Shown here: one piece after another, positions 25,700 through 34,683 of the stretch
How the letters are laid out: every line of letters starts with the position of its first letter
Position numbering within the stretch: position 1 is the stretch's first letter
Virus record (IMG/VR): IMGVR_UViG_3300048998_000085
Location: 1 to 37,568 of that record
Length of the DNA: 37,568 bases
Direction: 5' to 3' (one strand)
Source: a virus
Lineage: Duplodnaviria > Caudoviricetes
Position numbers and translations under genes: made by a program
The notes under the pieces: generated by a model
What the model was told of the DNA's origin: nothing
Database searches by the model: none
What the model saw: only the letters and a program-made list of their open reading frames with translations

Positions 25700-27031
25700 A
25701 TGGTGGCGGCAGCAGTAGGAATTGCGGCGGTCGGTGCGGCTTCGTCTATGTATGCCGCCAACCAGCAGGCGGACGCCGCGGAAAACGCGGCTAATTTGCA
25801 ATCGCAGACCGCGCAGAATTCGGCGCAGTTGCAGCAGCAGGCCGCGGGCGTGGCATCGGGCAACCTCGGCCAAGCCGCGGGCGTGGCGGGGGCGCAGCTG
25901 CAGGCGGGCTATCAACCGTCAATGGATCTGATACAGACCGGCGCGCAGCAGGTCGCGAATCAGCAGAATCAGGCGCTCTCGACCATTGGCTCGCAATACG
26001 CGCCTTATACCGGGCTCGGTGCCAGTGCGGCCGGCCAGCTGCAGGCGGGCGTTAATGACGGCTCGCTGACCCGCGGTTTCACGACGGCGGATCTCGACGC
26101 GAATCTCTCGCCCGCTTATGCGTTTCAACTCGAGCAGGGCTTAGGCCAAGCGGGCGCGCAATTGAATGCCGCCGGCGGCCTGGTGAGCGGCAATGCGATG
26201 CAGGGCCTAAACACGTTTGCGCAAAACTACGCGCAGACCGCGTTTCAGCAGGCATATAACAATTACAACCAGAACCAGGCAAACGCCTTTACGCGACTGT
26301 CGACGCTGGCCAACCAGGGGCAGACGGCCGCCGGCGCCGTGGGTAGTGCCGCGCAAACGGCCGCCGGCGCGATCGGTGGCGCGCAACAGGCCGCCTCTAG
26401 TTCGCAAGCGGCTCTCACTAGCGGTCTGAGCTCGAATCTGGCCAACCTCGCCACGGGCACCGCGCAGACACAAGGCAACTACCTAACCGGCGGCGCGGGT
26501 GGTGCGGCTAACGCGCTCACCGCGGGCGCGCAAAACGCGGGCTTATACGCAACCCAAGCGGCCGCCGCTCAAGCCGCGGGCGTGGTCGGTGCGAGCAACG
26601 CCGCGCAATCCGGCATGAATAACTACATGGGGTGGAATTACCTCAACAGTGCGGGCAAGTCGGGCTCGAGCTCGAGCGCACTTGCTGAGGACGCCGCGGG
26701 ATCCGACGCGCGCATTAAATCCGGCATGGGCGAGCCCGAAAGCGCGCTCGATCGGTTGATGCAGATTCGGGTGGTGCAACACGATTGGAAAGACAACGCG
26801 GGCGCCTATGCGCAGCGCGCCGGGCAAATCGGACACGTCGACTTTTCATTCGTGGCGCAACAGCTGGCCGAGATCATGCCCGGGGCGGTGGTACCAGGCG
26901 ACAAGGGCGAAACGCCGCGCACGGTTTGGACCGTGGCCCCGTACCAGATCATCGCCGCGCTGGTTAAGGGCCTGCAGGAGCAGCAAGCGCAGATTGTCGA
27001 CTTGCGAGATCAATTGTTAGGAGGCCGCTAA
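25700..27031 (+). CDS. ejection/DNA-transfer protein (gp7-like) fused to a C-terminal peptidase S74 domain
   Basis: A/G/Q-rich, PY...G..A, SPAYAFQLEQG...GGLVSGNAMQGL..FAQNYA; GSDARIK (Ser at 26702), FVAQQL, LVKGLQEQ; TAAGGAG RBS. Confidence 0.85.
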   Translation: MVAAAVGIAAVGAASSMYAANQQADAAENAANLQSQTAQNSAQLQQQAAGVASGNLGQAAGVAGAQLQAGYQPSMDLIQTGAQQVANQQNQALSTIGSQYAPYTGLGASAAGQLQAGVNDGSLTRGFTTADLDANLSPAYAFQLEQGLGQAGAQLNAAGGLVSGNAMQGLNTFAQNYAQTAFQQAYNNYNQNQANAFTRLSTLANQGQTAAGAVGSAAQTAAGAIGGAQQAASSSQAALTSGLSSNLANLATGTAQTQGNYLTGGAGGAANALTAGAQNAGLYATQAAAAQAAGVVGASNAAQSGMNNYMGWNYLNSAGKSGSSSSALAEDAAGSDARIKSGMGEPESALDRLMQIRVVQHDWKDNAGAYAQRAGQIGHVDFSFVAQQLAEIMPGAVVPGDKGETPRTVWTVAPYQIIAALVKGLQEQQAQIVDLRDQLLGGR

Positions 27032-28783
27032 ATGGCTATCGATCCGAGCATTGCGCTCAATAAGGACCGCCCCGATACGCTGGCCACACTCGGGCAATTC
27101 GTCGCACTCGGGCGGCAAAAAACGGCGCTTGAGCGGGAACGCGGCACGCTGGAAACCGACATCGAAAAGTCGCGGGCCGATAGCTCTCGAGCCGTCACCG
27201 AGGCCGACGTCGCCGCGCGCACCGCAACGCCGCGCGTTGAGCAGCAGGGCGAGCAGACTGAGCAATCAAAGATTGCCACTAAGCACCAGCGTTACAACCT
27301 GCAAAGCGTGCAGGCGCAGGCCGGGCGCGACGCGCTGACCGCCCTTTATTCCAATCCCAACGTTATCAAGGCGTCCGATCCGAACCTAAGCGACGAGGAG
27401 CGCCATAAGCTCGCCGACAAAATCGCCGACGATATGGCCGACGCGCGCGATCGGCTCATACGCGATAGCGGCATTCCCCGGGCAACGGCCGAGGGCATGG
27501 TCGCACCGCTCATGCAGCAGGCATTGAACGACCCCGGCACCTTTCGCGACAAGCTCGGCAATATCATGCGGCAGTCGGTCGGCAGTAGTGGCCAAGCAGG
27601 CATCGCCCCGGGCGTCATGCAGCAGCAGGGCAACGGCCAGCAGACGGTAAACAACCAGCTAAACCCGTTGGCGGGCCCGACTGGTCCCGTGCCCGGCTCG
27701 ATGGTTCAACAGCAATTGTCCGTCGGCACGCCAACCGCAAACGAAGTCGGCACGCCGGGCGTTATCGGCCCCGCGCCAGGCACGGCGCCGGCGGCCTGGA
27801 CCGGCCAACCCCCCGCCGGCGGCCCGGTACCGATGGCCCCACAAATGGCACCGCAACCCGGGCCCGCGCCTGGTGGCGTCACGAATGGACCGGGGGGCAC
27901 GCTCAACGTACCGCCGCGCACATCAGACGGCCTCCCCGGCAATGCGCAGAATTTCCCGCGGATCCCGCCCGCCAACCAGGCGGCCGCAGACAAGGGCGGC
28001 GATCGAGCGCAGATCTTCGCCGAGGAGCGCGCTCGAGCGGTTGCCGCCGGCGACACGGCCAGCGTTGCCGCACTGGACGCTTACGCCGCGCAGCAGGCCA
28101 AGCAGCGCCCGGCACCAGCTGGCCAACCGATGCCGGCGGCCGTACCAGCTCCGGTTAGCGCGCCCGCAGGTTTTCAGCCGACCGGCGCAAGCCCCGAATT
28201 GCAACAGACCATCAAAATCGTTAACGCTGACCGCGAAAAGGCGGCGGCCGAGGCGTCCGGGGCATCCGAGCGCCGGGGCCTGCTGCAAAGCATTCGAGGG
28301 CTTGCAGACGAGGCCATCGTCGGACAAAACACCGACAAGCGCCAGATCGTCGCGGGCATTGCGGCTTACCTCGGCAACGCTCGAGCGGCCGAATCTAAGG
28401 CCTCCACCGACGAGCTCATAAAGGACACCGCGATACTCGCGGCCCGCTCGGGCGATACCGACGCCGCTCGAGCGATGGGCGAAATGGCGAGCCCTAACGT
28501 GAAAATGCAGGCCGCCGCGATCAAGGCCGCCGCTAATTACCTGATTGCTCGCGATACGCTGGCCCTCGGCAAAACGAAAGTGCTCGCCCCTTATGCCTCC
28601 AATCCGGAGAGTTACAACCAGGCGTTGCGGGTCTGGAATGAAAACGCCGACCCGCGGGTAATTCAGTTTATGAACTCAGAGCCGGCCGAAAAAGCGCGCA
28701 TGGTAAAGGGCATGACTGAGCCCGAGATCAAGGCCTTTCGGTCTAAAGTCGGCACGCTGCAGCAATGGGGAATCATTCAATGA
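27032..28783 (+). CDS. ejection/internal virion protein (gp20 position)
   Basis: MAIDPSIAL start, helical domains and a Pro-rich linker; AGGAGG RBS; synteny. Confidence 0.75.
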   Translation: MAIDPSIALNKDRPDTLATLGQFVALGRQKTALERERGTLETDIEKSRADSSRAVTEADVAARTATPRVEQQGEQTEQSKIATKHQRYNLQSVQAQAGRDALTALYSNPNVIKASDPNLSDEERHKLADKIADDMADARDRLIRDSGIPRATAEGMVAPLMQQALNDPGTFRDKLGNIMRQSVGSSGQAGIAPGVMQQQGNGQQTVNNQLNPLAGPTGPVPGSMVQQQLSVGTPTANEVGTPGVIGPAPGTAPAAWTGQPPAGGPVPMAPQMAPQPGPAPGGVTNGPGGTLNVPPRTSDGLPGNAQNFPRIPPANQAAADKGGDRAQIFAEERARAVAAGDTASVAALDAYAAQQAKQRPAPAGQPMPAAVPAPVSAPAGFQPTGASPELQQTIKIVNADREKAAAEASGASERRGLLQSIRGLADEAIVGQNTDKRQIVAGIAAYLGNARAAESKASTDELIKDTAILAARSGDTDAARAMGEMASPNVKMQAAAIKAAANYLIARDTLALGKTKVLAPYASNPESYNQALRVWNENADPRVIQFMNSEPAEKARMVKGMTEPEIKAFRSKVGTLQQWGIIQ

Positions 28784-31152
28784 GCGCGCTCGACGAGTTT
28801 GATTCGATTGTGGCCACCGTCAAACCGGCGGCCGCCAACCAGACCGCCGCGCCACGTAAAAGCAAGGGCCCGGCGGTTGATGCTTTCGATGACGTGGTGG
28901 CGGCGGTCAAGGCCGCACCGACGCCGGTACCGAGGAATCCGGACGACGAACCCGGGCGGGTTATGTCGACGCTCGCGGGCGTCAACAACGCGATCAACCG
29001 CACCGCCGGCGGGATCATGCAATTAGGCGGCAAGGGCCTAAAGGCGGTGGGCGATCTCACGAACAGCCCGACGATATCGAAGCTTGGCGACGATGCGCAG
29101 GAAAACGCCCGCGCAGGGCTCGCCAAAGCCGAGGCGGCGAATGCGCCCTACGCCGAGGCGCACCCTAATTTCAACACCGCCGGGGAGCTCGCCGGCGATA
29201 CGGCAATCGGCATCGCCGCGCCCGTGGGCAAAACGGTATCGACGCTCGGCAAGTCGGCCAATATCGTTAACCGGATGATTCACGGCGCCGTATCTGGCGC
29301 GGTGGGCGCTGGCGTGCAGGCGGTCGACGGCCCGGATGCCGACTTTTGGGCCGAAAAGGCGAAGCAGGTAGGCGTCGGCGCCGTCGCGGGTGGTGCTGGA
29401 TCCCCGATCGGCGAGGCGGTCGGCAAGGTTGCGGGCGCGGGCCTGGACGTGCTGAAACAAGGCTATCGAAAGCTCACCGGCAAGGCGGCCACCGCCGCCG
29501 AGGAGGCGGTTACAGCGGGTGAGGCGCAAGCGGCGGCCGATGCAGCGAGCGCAGCGGGCAAGAAACCGGCGGCAACGCCCGAATCCGGGGCGCCAACGGC
29601 CGCAAATGGTCGCGTTGAGCCCCGGGTACCGGATGCGACGGCGCCGAGCTCCTCGCGCGAATTAGTGGTCGTGCCCGCCAACGCCTCGCCCGATCTCAAA
29701 ATTGCGATACGTCAGGCGGCCGCCGAGGGCCGACCGCTCAACCCTGAGGCCATCGCCCGCCATATCGACGCGGAACGATTCGGGATCAAGCTCACGCAGG
29801 GCCAAGCCTCCCGCGATGCAAACGTCTTTTCGATCGAGCGCAATATGCGCACCGAAAACACAATGCAGCCGCGTTTTGCTGAGCAGGAAAAGCAGCTGAT
29901 TGATGCGCTCGACGGGATCCGCGGCGACGCGGCGCCGGGCTCGATCTCGACCGGCCGAGAATCCGCCGGCGAGCACATCATCGAATCGCTGAAAGAGGTT
30001 CAAGCCAAACGCGCCGACGAGATCAAGGCCGCTTATCAAAAGCTGGCGGACGCTAACGGCGGCGACTTGCCTATGGACGGCCCGGCATTCGTGGCGCGAG
30101 CGACCGAAAATCTTCACAAAGATATGAGCGGGGCATTCGTGCCTGCAGAATTCCAGACGATCATGCGCGAGATCGGCGACGGCTCGCGGCCGATGACGTT
30201 CGAGAATTTCGAGAATCTGCGCACTAAGCTCGCCTCGGCCATGCGAGCCACCAAGGACGGCAACGTCGAGCACGCTCTCGGCGTGGTGCGCAGCGCGCTC
30301 GAGGATATGCCGCTCGCGCCCGAGCTCGAGGCCGGGGCCGCTCGAGCGATCGGCAACGGCAACGCCGGCGCGACGCAGCTGCAGCACGTCAAGGAATTGG
30401 CTGACCAGGCGCGAAAGCTGGCGCGCGAGGAATTCATGCGCGCAGATCCTAAGCGCGGTGGATCGGCGGCCTATAAGGCGGTGGCCGACGAAACCGCGGC
30501 GCCGACCGATTTTGTCGCTAAATATCTGGTTCGAGAGCGCCATCCGGAAAAGCTCGCGCAGCTGGCCGAGCACCTAAAGGACGACCCGCTAGCACTGCAG
30601 GAAATCAAGGCCGGGGTTTTGCACCATCTACAGCAGGAATCCACGAATCACGCGGGCCTGTTTCACGCGGAAAAGTACAACCGCGCCGTGCGAGAGCTCG
30701 GTAAGTCGATCGACGTTATTTATTCGCCGGCCGAGGCCGAGCAGATCCGCGCACTCGGGCGGGTGGCCACCACGATTAAATCGGCGCCCGCGGCCTCGCA
30801 CGTCAACTACAGCAATACAGAGGTTGCACGCCTGCAGCATTCGGGCGATGCGTTGAAAGAGGGCAGTCGGGCGGCCGATCTCGTCGCCGGCACGCTTAAC
30901 GCGGTGGTGCCGAAAATGAACCTCGGCACGCTGGTAACGGGCGGCTATCGCGGGCTCGACCAGATGACGCAAAAGGCGGCCGAGCGTGCGGCCGCGCGCG
31001 AATCACTGCGCCCCGGGGCAGGCGTGGGCGGGCATACACCGCGCCAAGCAAAAGGCGAATCCGACGTCGCACGCAAAGCCGGGGCGGTTTCGCTCTCGTC
31101 GTTTGCAACTACTAACATCGGCAAGGATCAACGCAAGAAAAACGAGGATTAG
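28780..31152 (+). CDS. large ejection/internal virion protein (gp16 position)
   Basis: G/A-rich hydrophobic segments, LTQGQASRD, VNYSNT motifs; ATGA coupling at 28780. Confidence 0.78.
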   Translation: MSALDEFDSIVATVKPAAANQTAAPRKSKGPAVDAFDDVVAAVKAAPTPVPRNPDDEPGRVMSTLAGVNNAINRTAGGIMQLGGKGLKAVGDLTNSPTISKLGDDAQENARAGLAKAEAANAPYAEAHPNFNTAGELAGDTAIGIAAPVGKTVSTLGKSANIVNRMIHGAVSGAVGAGVQAVDGPDADFWAEKAKQVGVGAVAGGAGSPIGEAVGKVAGAGLDVLKQGYRKLTGKAATAAEEAVTAGEAQAAADAASAAGKKPAATPESGAPTAANGRVEPRVPDATAPSSSRELVVVPANASPDLKIAIRQAAAEGRPLNPEAIARHIDAERFGIKLTQGQASRDANVFSIERNMRTENTMQPRFAEQEKQLIDALDGIRGDAAPGSISTGRESAGEHIIESLKEVQAKRADEIKAAYQKLADANGGDLPMDGPAFVARATENLHKDMSGAFVPAEFQTIMREIGDGSRPMTFENFENLRTKLASAMRATKDGNVEHALGVVRSALEDMPLAPELEAGAARAIGNGNAGATQLQHVKELADQARKLAREEFMRADPKRGGSAAYKAVADETAAPTDFVAKYLVRERHPEKLAQLAEHLKDDPLALQEIKAGVLHHLQQESTNHAGLFHAEKYNRAVRELGKSIDVIYSPAEAEQIRALGRVATTIKSAPAASHVNYSNTEVARLQHSGDALKEGSRAADLVAGTLNAVVPKMNLGTLVTGGYRGLDQMTQKAAERAAARESLRPGAGVGGHTPRQAKGESDVARKAGAVSLSSFATTNIGKDQRKKNED

Positions 31153-31256
31153 TCGAACAAGGCGCGCAGGATCCGCACCGCCACCACGCCGACCAGCAGC
31201 ACCGGGCCGAACCAGACAACGCACATTACGGCCTTTTCGATCGTTTCATATTCCAT
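31149..31256 (-). CDS. 35-aa single-TM protein, antisense to the late operon (not in the ORF track)
   Basis: MEYETIEKAVMCVVWFGPVLLVGVVAVRILRALFD*; AGGAG RBS 9 nt upstream; its stop overlaps the stop of 28780-31152. Confidence 0.75.
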   Translation of the reverse strand: MEYETIEKAVMCVVWFGPVLLVGVVAVRILRALFD

Positions 31257-31332
31257 CGCGAGTGCTCCTATAGGTTATGCACTTGCGAAACCTTAACACC
31301 AAGCCCGAGCGGCAAGATAGGAATTCCGACAC

Positions 31333-31956
31333 ATGGCCACCGTATCAATCGCCCCGGGCATCGGCGCGGCTTATCAAGGATTGCTCGCCGACGGCCGCCC
31401 CAACGCCGGCGGCATGATTTACACGTACCAGGCCGGCACGTCGACGCCGCTTAGCAGCTACACCACGTCGGCCGGCTCGACCGCGCAAACTAACCCGATC
31501 GTTTTAGATTCGGCCGGGCGGCTCCCGGGCGGGGGCGAGTGCTGGCTCGATAACGCATTCGCCTATAAGTACGTCATTACCGACTCGCAGGGCGTGATAC
31601 AGCAAACGCTCGATAATATTTACCCGCCGGGCTCGATCCTCGGCCTGCAGCCGACGGCCTTATCGCCGGCATTCGCGCAGGGCATTAACGCCGGGGTGGC
31701 CAGCTATCAGAAAATCCCCGGGTTGATCCTTAATTACGGGCAGACGAACTCGATCGCCTCCAACGGCTCGCAAACCATCGTGCTACCGGCGGTCTATCAG
31801 ACGCAGCATTTGTTCGCCATTGCCACGCCGGCGGGATCCGCGGTCGGCACAACGCCAGTCTCGGCGGCCGTTAACCGGGTAAGTCTGTCTCAGCTAATCG
31901 TCTATAACTGGTCGAGCGTGGCGGCCGTGTTTAATTGGCTGTCGATCGGGCAGTAA
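31333..31956 (+). CDS. short tail fibre/tailspike-position protein
   Basis: N-terminal virion-attachment motif G.P..GG.IYTYQAGT.TP...NPIVLDSAGR; C-terminal YQK.PGLIL.YG...W.SIG fibre-tip (gp53-like) domain. Confidence 0.82.
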   Translation: MATVSIAPGIGAAYQGLLADGRPNAGGMIYTYQAGTSTPLSSYTTSAGSTAQTNPIVLDSAGRLPGGGECWLDNAFAYKYVITDSQGVIQQTLDNIYPPGSILGLQPTALSPAFAQGINAGVASYQKIPGLILNYGQTNSIASNGSQTIVLPAVYQTQHLFAIATPAGSAVGTTPVSAAVNRVSLSQLIVYNWSSVAAVFNWLSIGQ

Positions 31957-32066
31957 ACAACACCGCTCGACCCCCCGTCGGATGCCGTCGCTCGACCAGG
32001 CGCCCGACGGTTTCGCGCCCCGCCGGCGCCACGTAATGATGCCTCCTAACAAATCGCGGGGGCACC

Positions 32067-32420
32067 GTGAACGACGAACCGAACCGCCTCGGAATGCTCG
32101 AGCGCCTAGTCGCCGACGCCGAGCGCGAAATCATTGCATTGCGCGAGCGGTGCGCCGTGCTCGAGCAGCGAGTCGGCGCAGCCGCAACGTTGATTATCGA
32201 AAACACCAGAATCACGCAATCAACGCTAGATTCTGTCGGCTCGCTGCGCGTGGCCAACGATGCGGCCGTGGCCAGTCTGCGCACCGACATCGCCGACGTC
32301 GTTACCTTGATGCAGGGCTCGCGCTCGCTTTTCACGCTGGCCAAGTGGTTACTTGGCGCCGTCGCCGTGATTGGCGGGGCCGTGTCGGGCTATCTCGGGA
32401 TCACGCGGCTATGGCGCTAA
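32067..32420 (+). CDS. putative holin or holin-like protein (coiled coil plus C-terminal TM)
   Basis: First gene of the lysis cassette; TM segment WLLGAVAVIGGAVSGYLGI. Confidence 0.55.
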   Translation: MNDEPNRLGMLERLVADAEREIIALRERCAVLEQRVGAAATLIIENTRITQSTLDSVGSLRVANDAAVASLRTDIADVVTLMQGSRSLFTLAKWLLGAVAVIGGAVSGYLGITRLWR

Positions 32421-32947
32421 ATCCGAGAATCATGCCGCCGGCGATCGGCGCCGCGGTGGTGGCCATCCTGTTGCACTTTACCGGCGCAATGGAGGGCAAG
32501 GACAACGCCGTTTATTTCGATGGCATCGGCCGCGTGAATACCGCTTGTTTCGGCCACACCGGGCCCGAGCTCAAGCGTGGCATGCAATTCTCCGACGAGC
32601 AGTGCGCCGGCCTGCTAACCGCAGATCTCAAAACCGCATTCGATGGGGTTTCGGCGTGCGTAACCCGAGACGACCTCGATCCGCACGTGTGGGCGTCATT
32701 GACTGATCTTGCGTTTAATGTGGGCGTCGGCCCGGTCTGTGCGTCGACAATGGTGCGCAAGATAAACGCAGGGGAGGCGGCGCCATGCGACGAGTTTATG
32801 CGGTGGATTAAGGCGGGCGGCAAAGATTGCCGAGTGAGCTCGAGCGGGTGCCGGGGCATCGTCACGCGCCGGCGCGCTGAGCGGGCCTTGTGTGAGGCGG
32901 GGAATTTGCCCGATACCGCGGCGATCGAGCAGGACGGCACACAGTGA
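32411..32947 (+). CDS. GH24 lysozyme, probable SAR endolysin
   Basis: N-terminal A/G-rich hydrophobic segment, E-x8-D-x6-T then C.GHT, LAFNVG, C.EFMRW, GIVTRRRAER.LC; start moved to ATG 32411. Confidence 0.92.
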   Translation: MALNPRIMPPAIGAAVVAILLHFTGAMEGKDNAVYFDGIGRVNTACFGHTGPELKRGMQFSDEQCAGLLTADLKTAFDGVSACVTRDDLDPHVWASLTDLAFNVGVGPVCASTMVRKINAGEAAPCDEFMRWIKAGGKDCRVSSSGCRGIVTRRRAERALCEAGNLPDTAAIEQDGTQ

Positions 32948-33222
32948 TTGCCACAACGTTTCACGTGAAGCGGGGCCCCGACCGCCGAACCGGCGGGATC
33001 GATCGCCGAGCGGCCGGGCGTCGCGCCTCCGATAGCTTGCCGCCCATAGTGGCCTGCCGCGAGTGGCGAATCGTGGCACCGTCCGGTGACATCTTGGAAT
33101 GTCACGCACCAACTGAGAATGCCTGTTGGCTTGCTTTCGAGTGGATGACCCGGACCCCGCAACGCATCCTGACCGAGCGCGGTTATGTGTGCGAGCGATT
33201 CGCCCTCGTTAGGGATCTTTAA
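32944..33222 (+). CDS. hypothetical protein inside the lysis cassette
   Basis: GTGA and TAATG coupling; DRR repeats. Confidence 0.6.
   Translation: MIATTFHVKRGPDRRTGGIDRRAAGRRASDSLPPIVACREWRIVAPSGDILECHAPTENACWLAFEWMTRTPQRILTERGYVCERFALVRDL
32957..32972. promoter_or_regulatory. parS-like palindrome
   Basis: CGTTTCACGTGAAGCG matches 13/16 of TGTTTCACGTGAAACA, with 12 contiguous. Confidence 0.35.
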
Positions 33223-33662
33223 TGTTTGCTGGCGTTTTATGGGGGCCGTTGCTTAGTCTGCTGCTGGCGGTTTCGCTGGTATTTTCGGCCGTCACTGGCG
33301 GCGCCGTGTGGCGCTTTCAGCAGATCCGCGTCGAGAGTGCCGAGCTCACCGCGAAGAATACGAAAGCCAAGCTAAGCAACGCCTCCGATGACGTCAAAAC
33401 GCTTAAGCGCCAGCTGGTCGAAGTCTCGGCCAAGCGCGCCGAGCTCGACCGCGCGCTCGCCACGCAACGCACCGAAATCGATGCCTACGTGAAAGCCGCG
33501 GCCGCTCGAGCGCAAGCGGTCGACGAGAATATCGCCGCCGCGCGCGCCTCGATTGCACCGATACGTGGCCAGCTGGCCAACCTCGCGCAACGCGTCAAGC
33601 TGGCCAAGCCGGGCGCCACGTGCTCGGACGCGTGGGCCGACATCCGGACGTCAATGCAATGA
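33222..33662 (+). CDS. Rz: i-spanin (Rz-like)
   Basis: N-terminal TM, long coiled coil, C-terminal Cys; downstream of the endolysin. Confidence 0.82.
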   Translation: MFAGVLWGPLLSLLLAVSLVFSAVTGGAVWRFQQIRVESAELTAKNTKAKLSNASDDVKTLKRQLVEVSAKRAELDRALATQRTEIDAYVKAAAARAQAVDENIAAARASIAPIRGQLANLAQRVKLAKPGATCSDAWADIRTSMQ

Positions 33663-33949
33663 GTTATGCCGTGCTGCTGCTGCTGGCCGCAATCCTGATG
33701 CTCGAGGGATGCGCGCACATGCCCGAATCGATCAGGCCGGCGGCCGAGCGCATCGTGACCGTTGAAAAACCGATTCCGGCGCCGTGCCTCGATAAGTCGC
33801 AAATCCCACCGCCCGCGGTGCTGATGAATGACCGCAATTTGCTCTCGCTCGACGAATACCACGCGACGATTAAATCGTGGCAGGAGCGCCAAGCGTTGCG
33901 CGAAGAAACGATGCAGCTGCGCGCCGTCTTAACGGCTTGCGTTAAGTAG
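33659..33949 (+). CDS. Rz1: o-spanin lipoprotein (Rz1-like)
   Basis: Signal peptide with lipobox LEGC, V..PIP.PC, C-terminal L.AC; ATGA-coupled start at 33659. Confidence 0.85.
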   Translation: MSYAVLLLLAAILMLEGCAHMPESIRPAAERIVTVEKPIPAPCLDKSQIPPPAVLMNDRNLLSLDEYHATIKSWQERQALREETMQLRAVLTACVK

Positions 33950-33980
33950 CTAACCTCTCTCTCCTCGATCCCTGGAATTG

Positions 33981-34013
33981 GCCCCCGGCCTCAAAACCGG
34001 GGGCGTTTTTTTT
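33981..34013 (+). terminator. Rho-independent terminator ending the late operon
   Basis: gcccccgg-cctcaaaa-ccgggggc-g-T8, at the convergence of + and - genes. Confidence 0.9.
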
Positions 34014-34576
34014 CATGGGCAGCATGACAGGGAACCTCGACAATAAGAGCCCTCGATTTTTGCGTCTATCAATTCGCTTGCTTCAACGAACGAATCGTAA
34101 ACTTTCCCGCAGACGGCGCATTTGCACACGAGGCGCCCTTCTTCCGTATACCAAGCCCAATAAGGAAGCTTGTCCGGGGAGTCGGGGATCCCGCCCGCAT
34201 AAAGCGGGGGCGGCTTGCTCGGGTTGGATTCGGGAAAACTCGCGCTTAGCCCGTCATCAGTGTGATATCCGCAGAACGCGACGACGAGGTTTTGCAGCAG
34301 GGCGTCCGGATCTATTTCGTCCAGCGTGCCACGCATCGATGCGGCCCGGTAAGCGTATTTGCCCGCCTCTCGAATGATTCGCTCGAGCGGCTTGCGCCTC
34401 GGATCATCGGCGCCCATGCGAAACCGCATCGGGGGAATGTCGATCGGGCCCGCGTCGGCGGTCAGCCAATGATCGGCCGGCAGCGGAAAGCTTGCAGTAA
34501 AAAAACCGGATCCGTCGGGCAATCTGGTAATGCCGTCCTTATCGGGTTGCAGGGGGAAATCCTCGGGCGTGCTCAT
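34013..34576 (-). CDS. conserved phage hypothetical protein with a C-terminal zinc ribbon
   Basis: LPDGSGF...SFPLP.DHWL...PPM.FRMG...DPDALLQNLVV pattern; CxxC...CxxxxxC; GAGAG RBS before ATG 34576. Confidence 0.75.
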   Translation of the reverse strand: MSTPEDFPLQPDKDGITRLPDGSGFFTASFPLPADHWLTADAGPIDIPPMRFRMGADDPRRKPLERIIREAGKYAYRAASMRGTLDEIDPDALLQNLVVAFCGYHTDDGLSASFPESNPSKPPPLYAGGIPDSPDKLPYWAWYTEEGRLVCKCAVCGKVYDSFVEASELIDAKIEGSYCRGSLSCCP

Positions 34577-34683
34577 TGTTCTCTCTCGGGTTATCTGGTT
34601 TCGCAACGTTCGCATATTGGACCGCTTGCGCCATTGCTCGATTAGGCGTTGCAACTCGCGCTGACGCGCCGCCTCGCGCCTGG

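Noticed and set aside
24330-26790. Diversity-generating retroelement template/variable repeat pair
   Set aside because: No reverse transcriptase is present, the identity is short, and it is explained by paralogous S74 domains.
31982-32410. N-terminal extension of the endolysin in the ORF track
   Set aside because: It is Arg-rich out-of-frame sequence overlapping the holin-like gene; ATG 32411 gives a normal SAR lysozyme.
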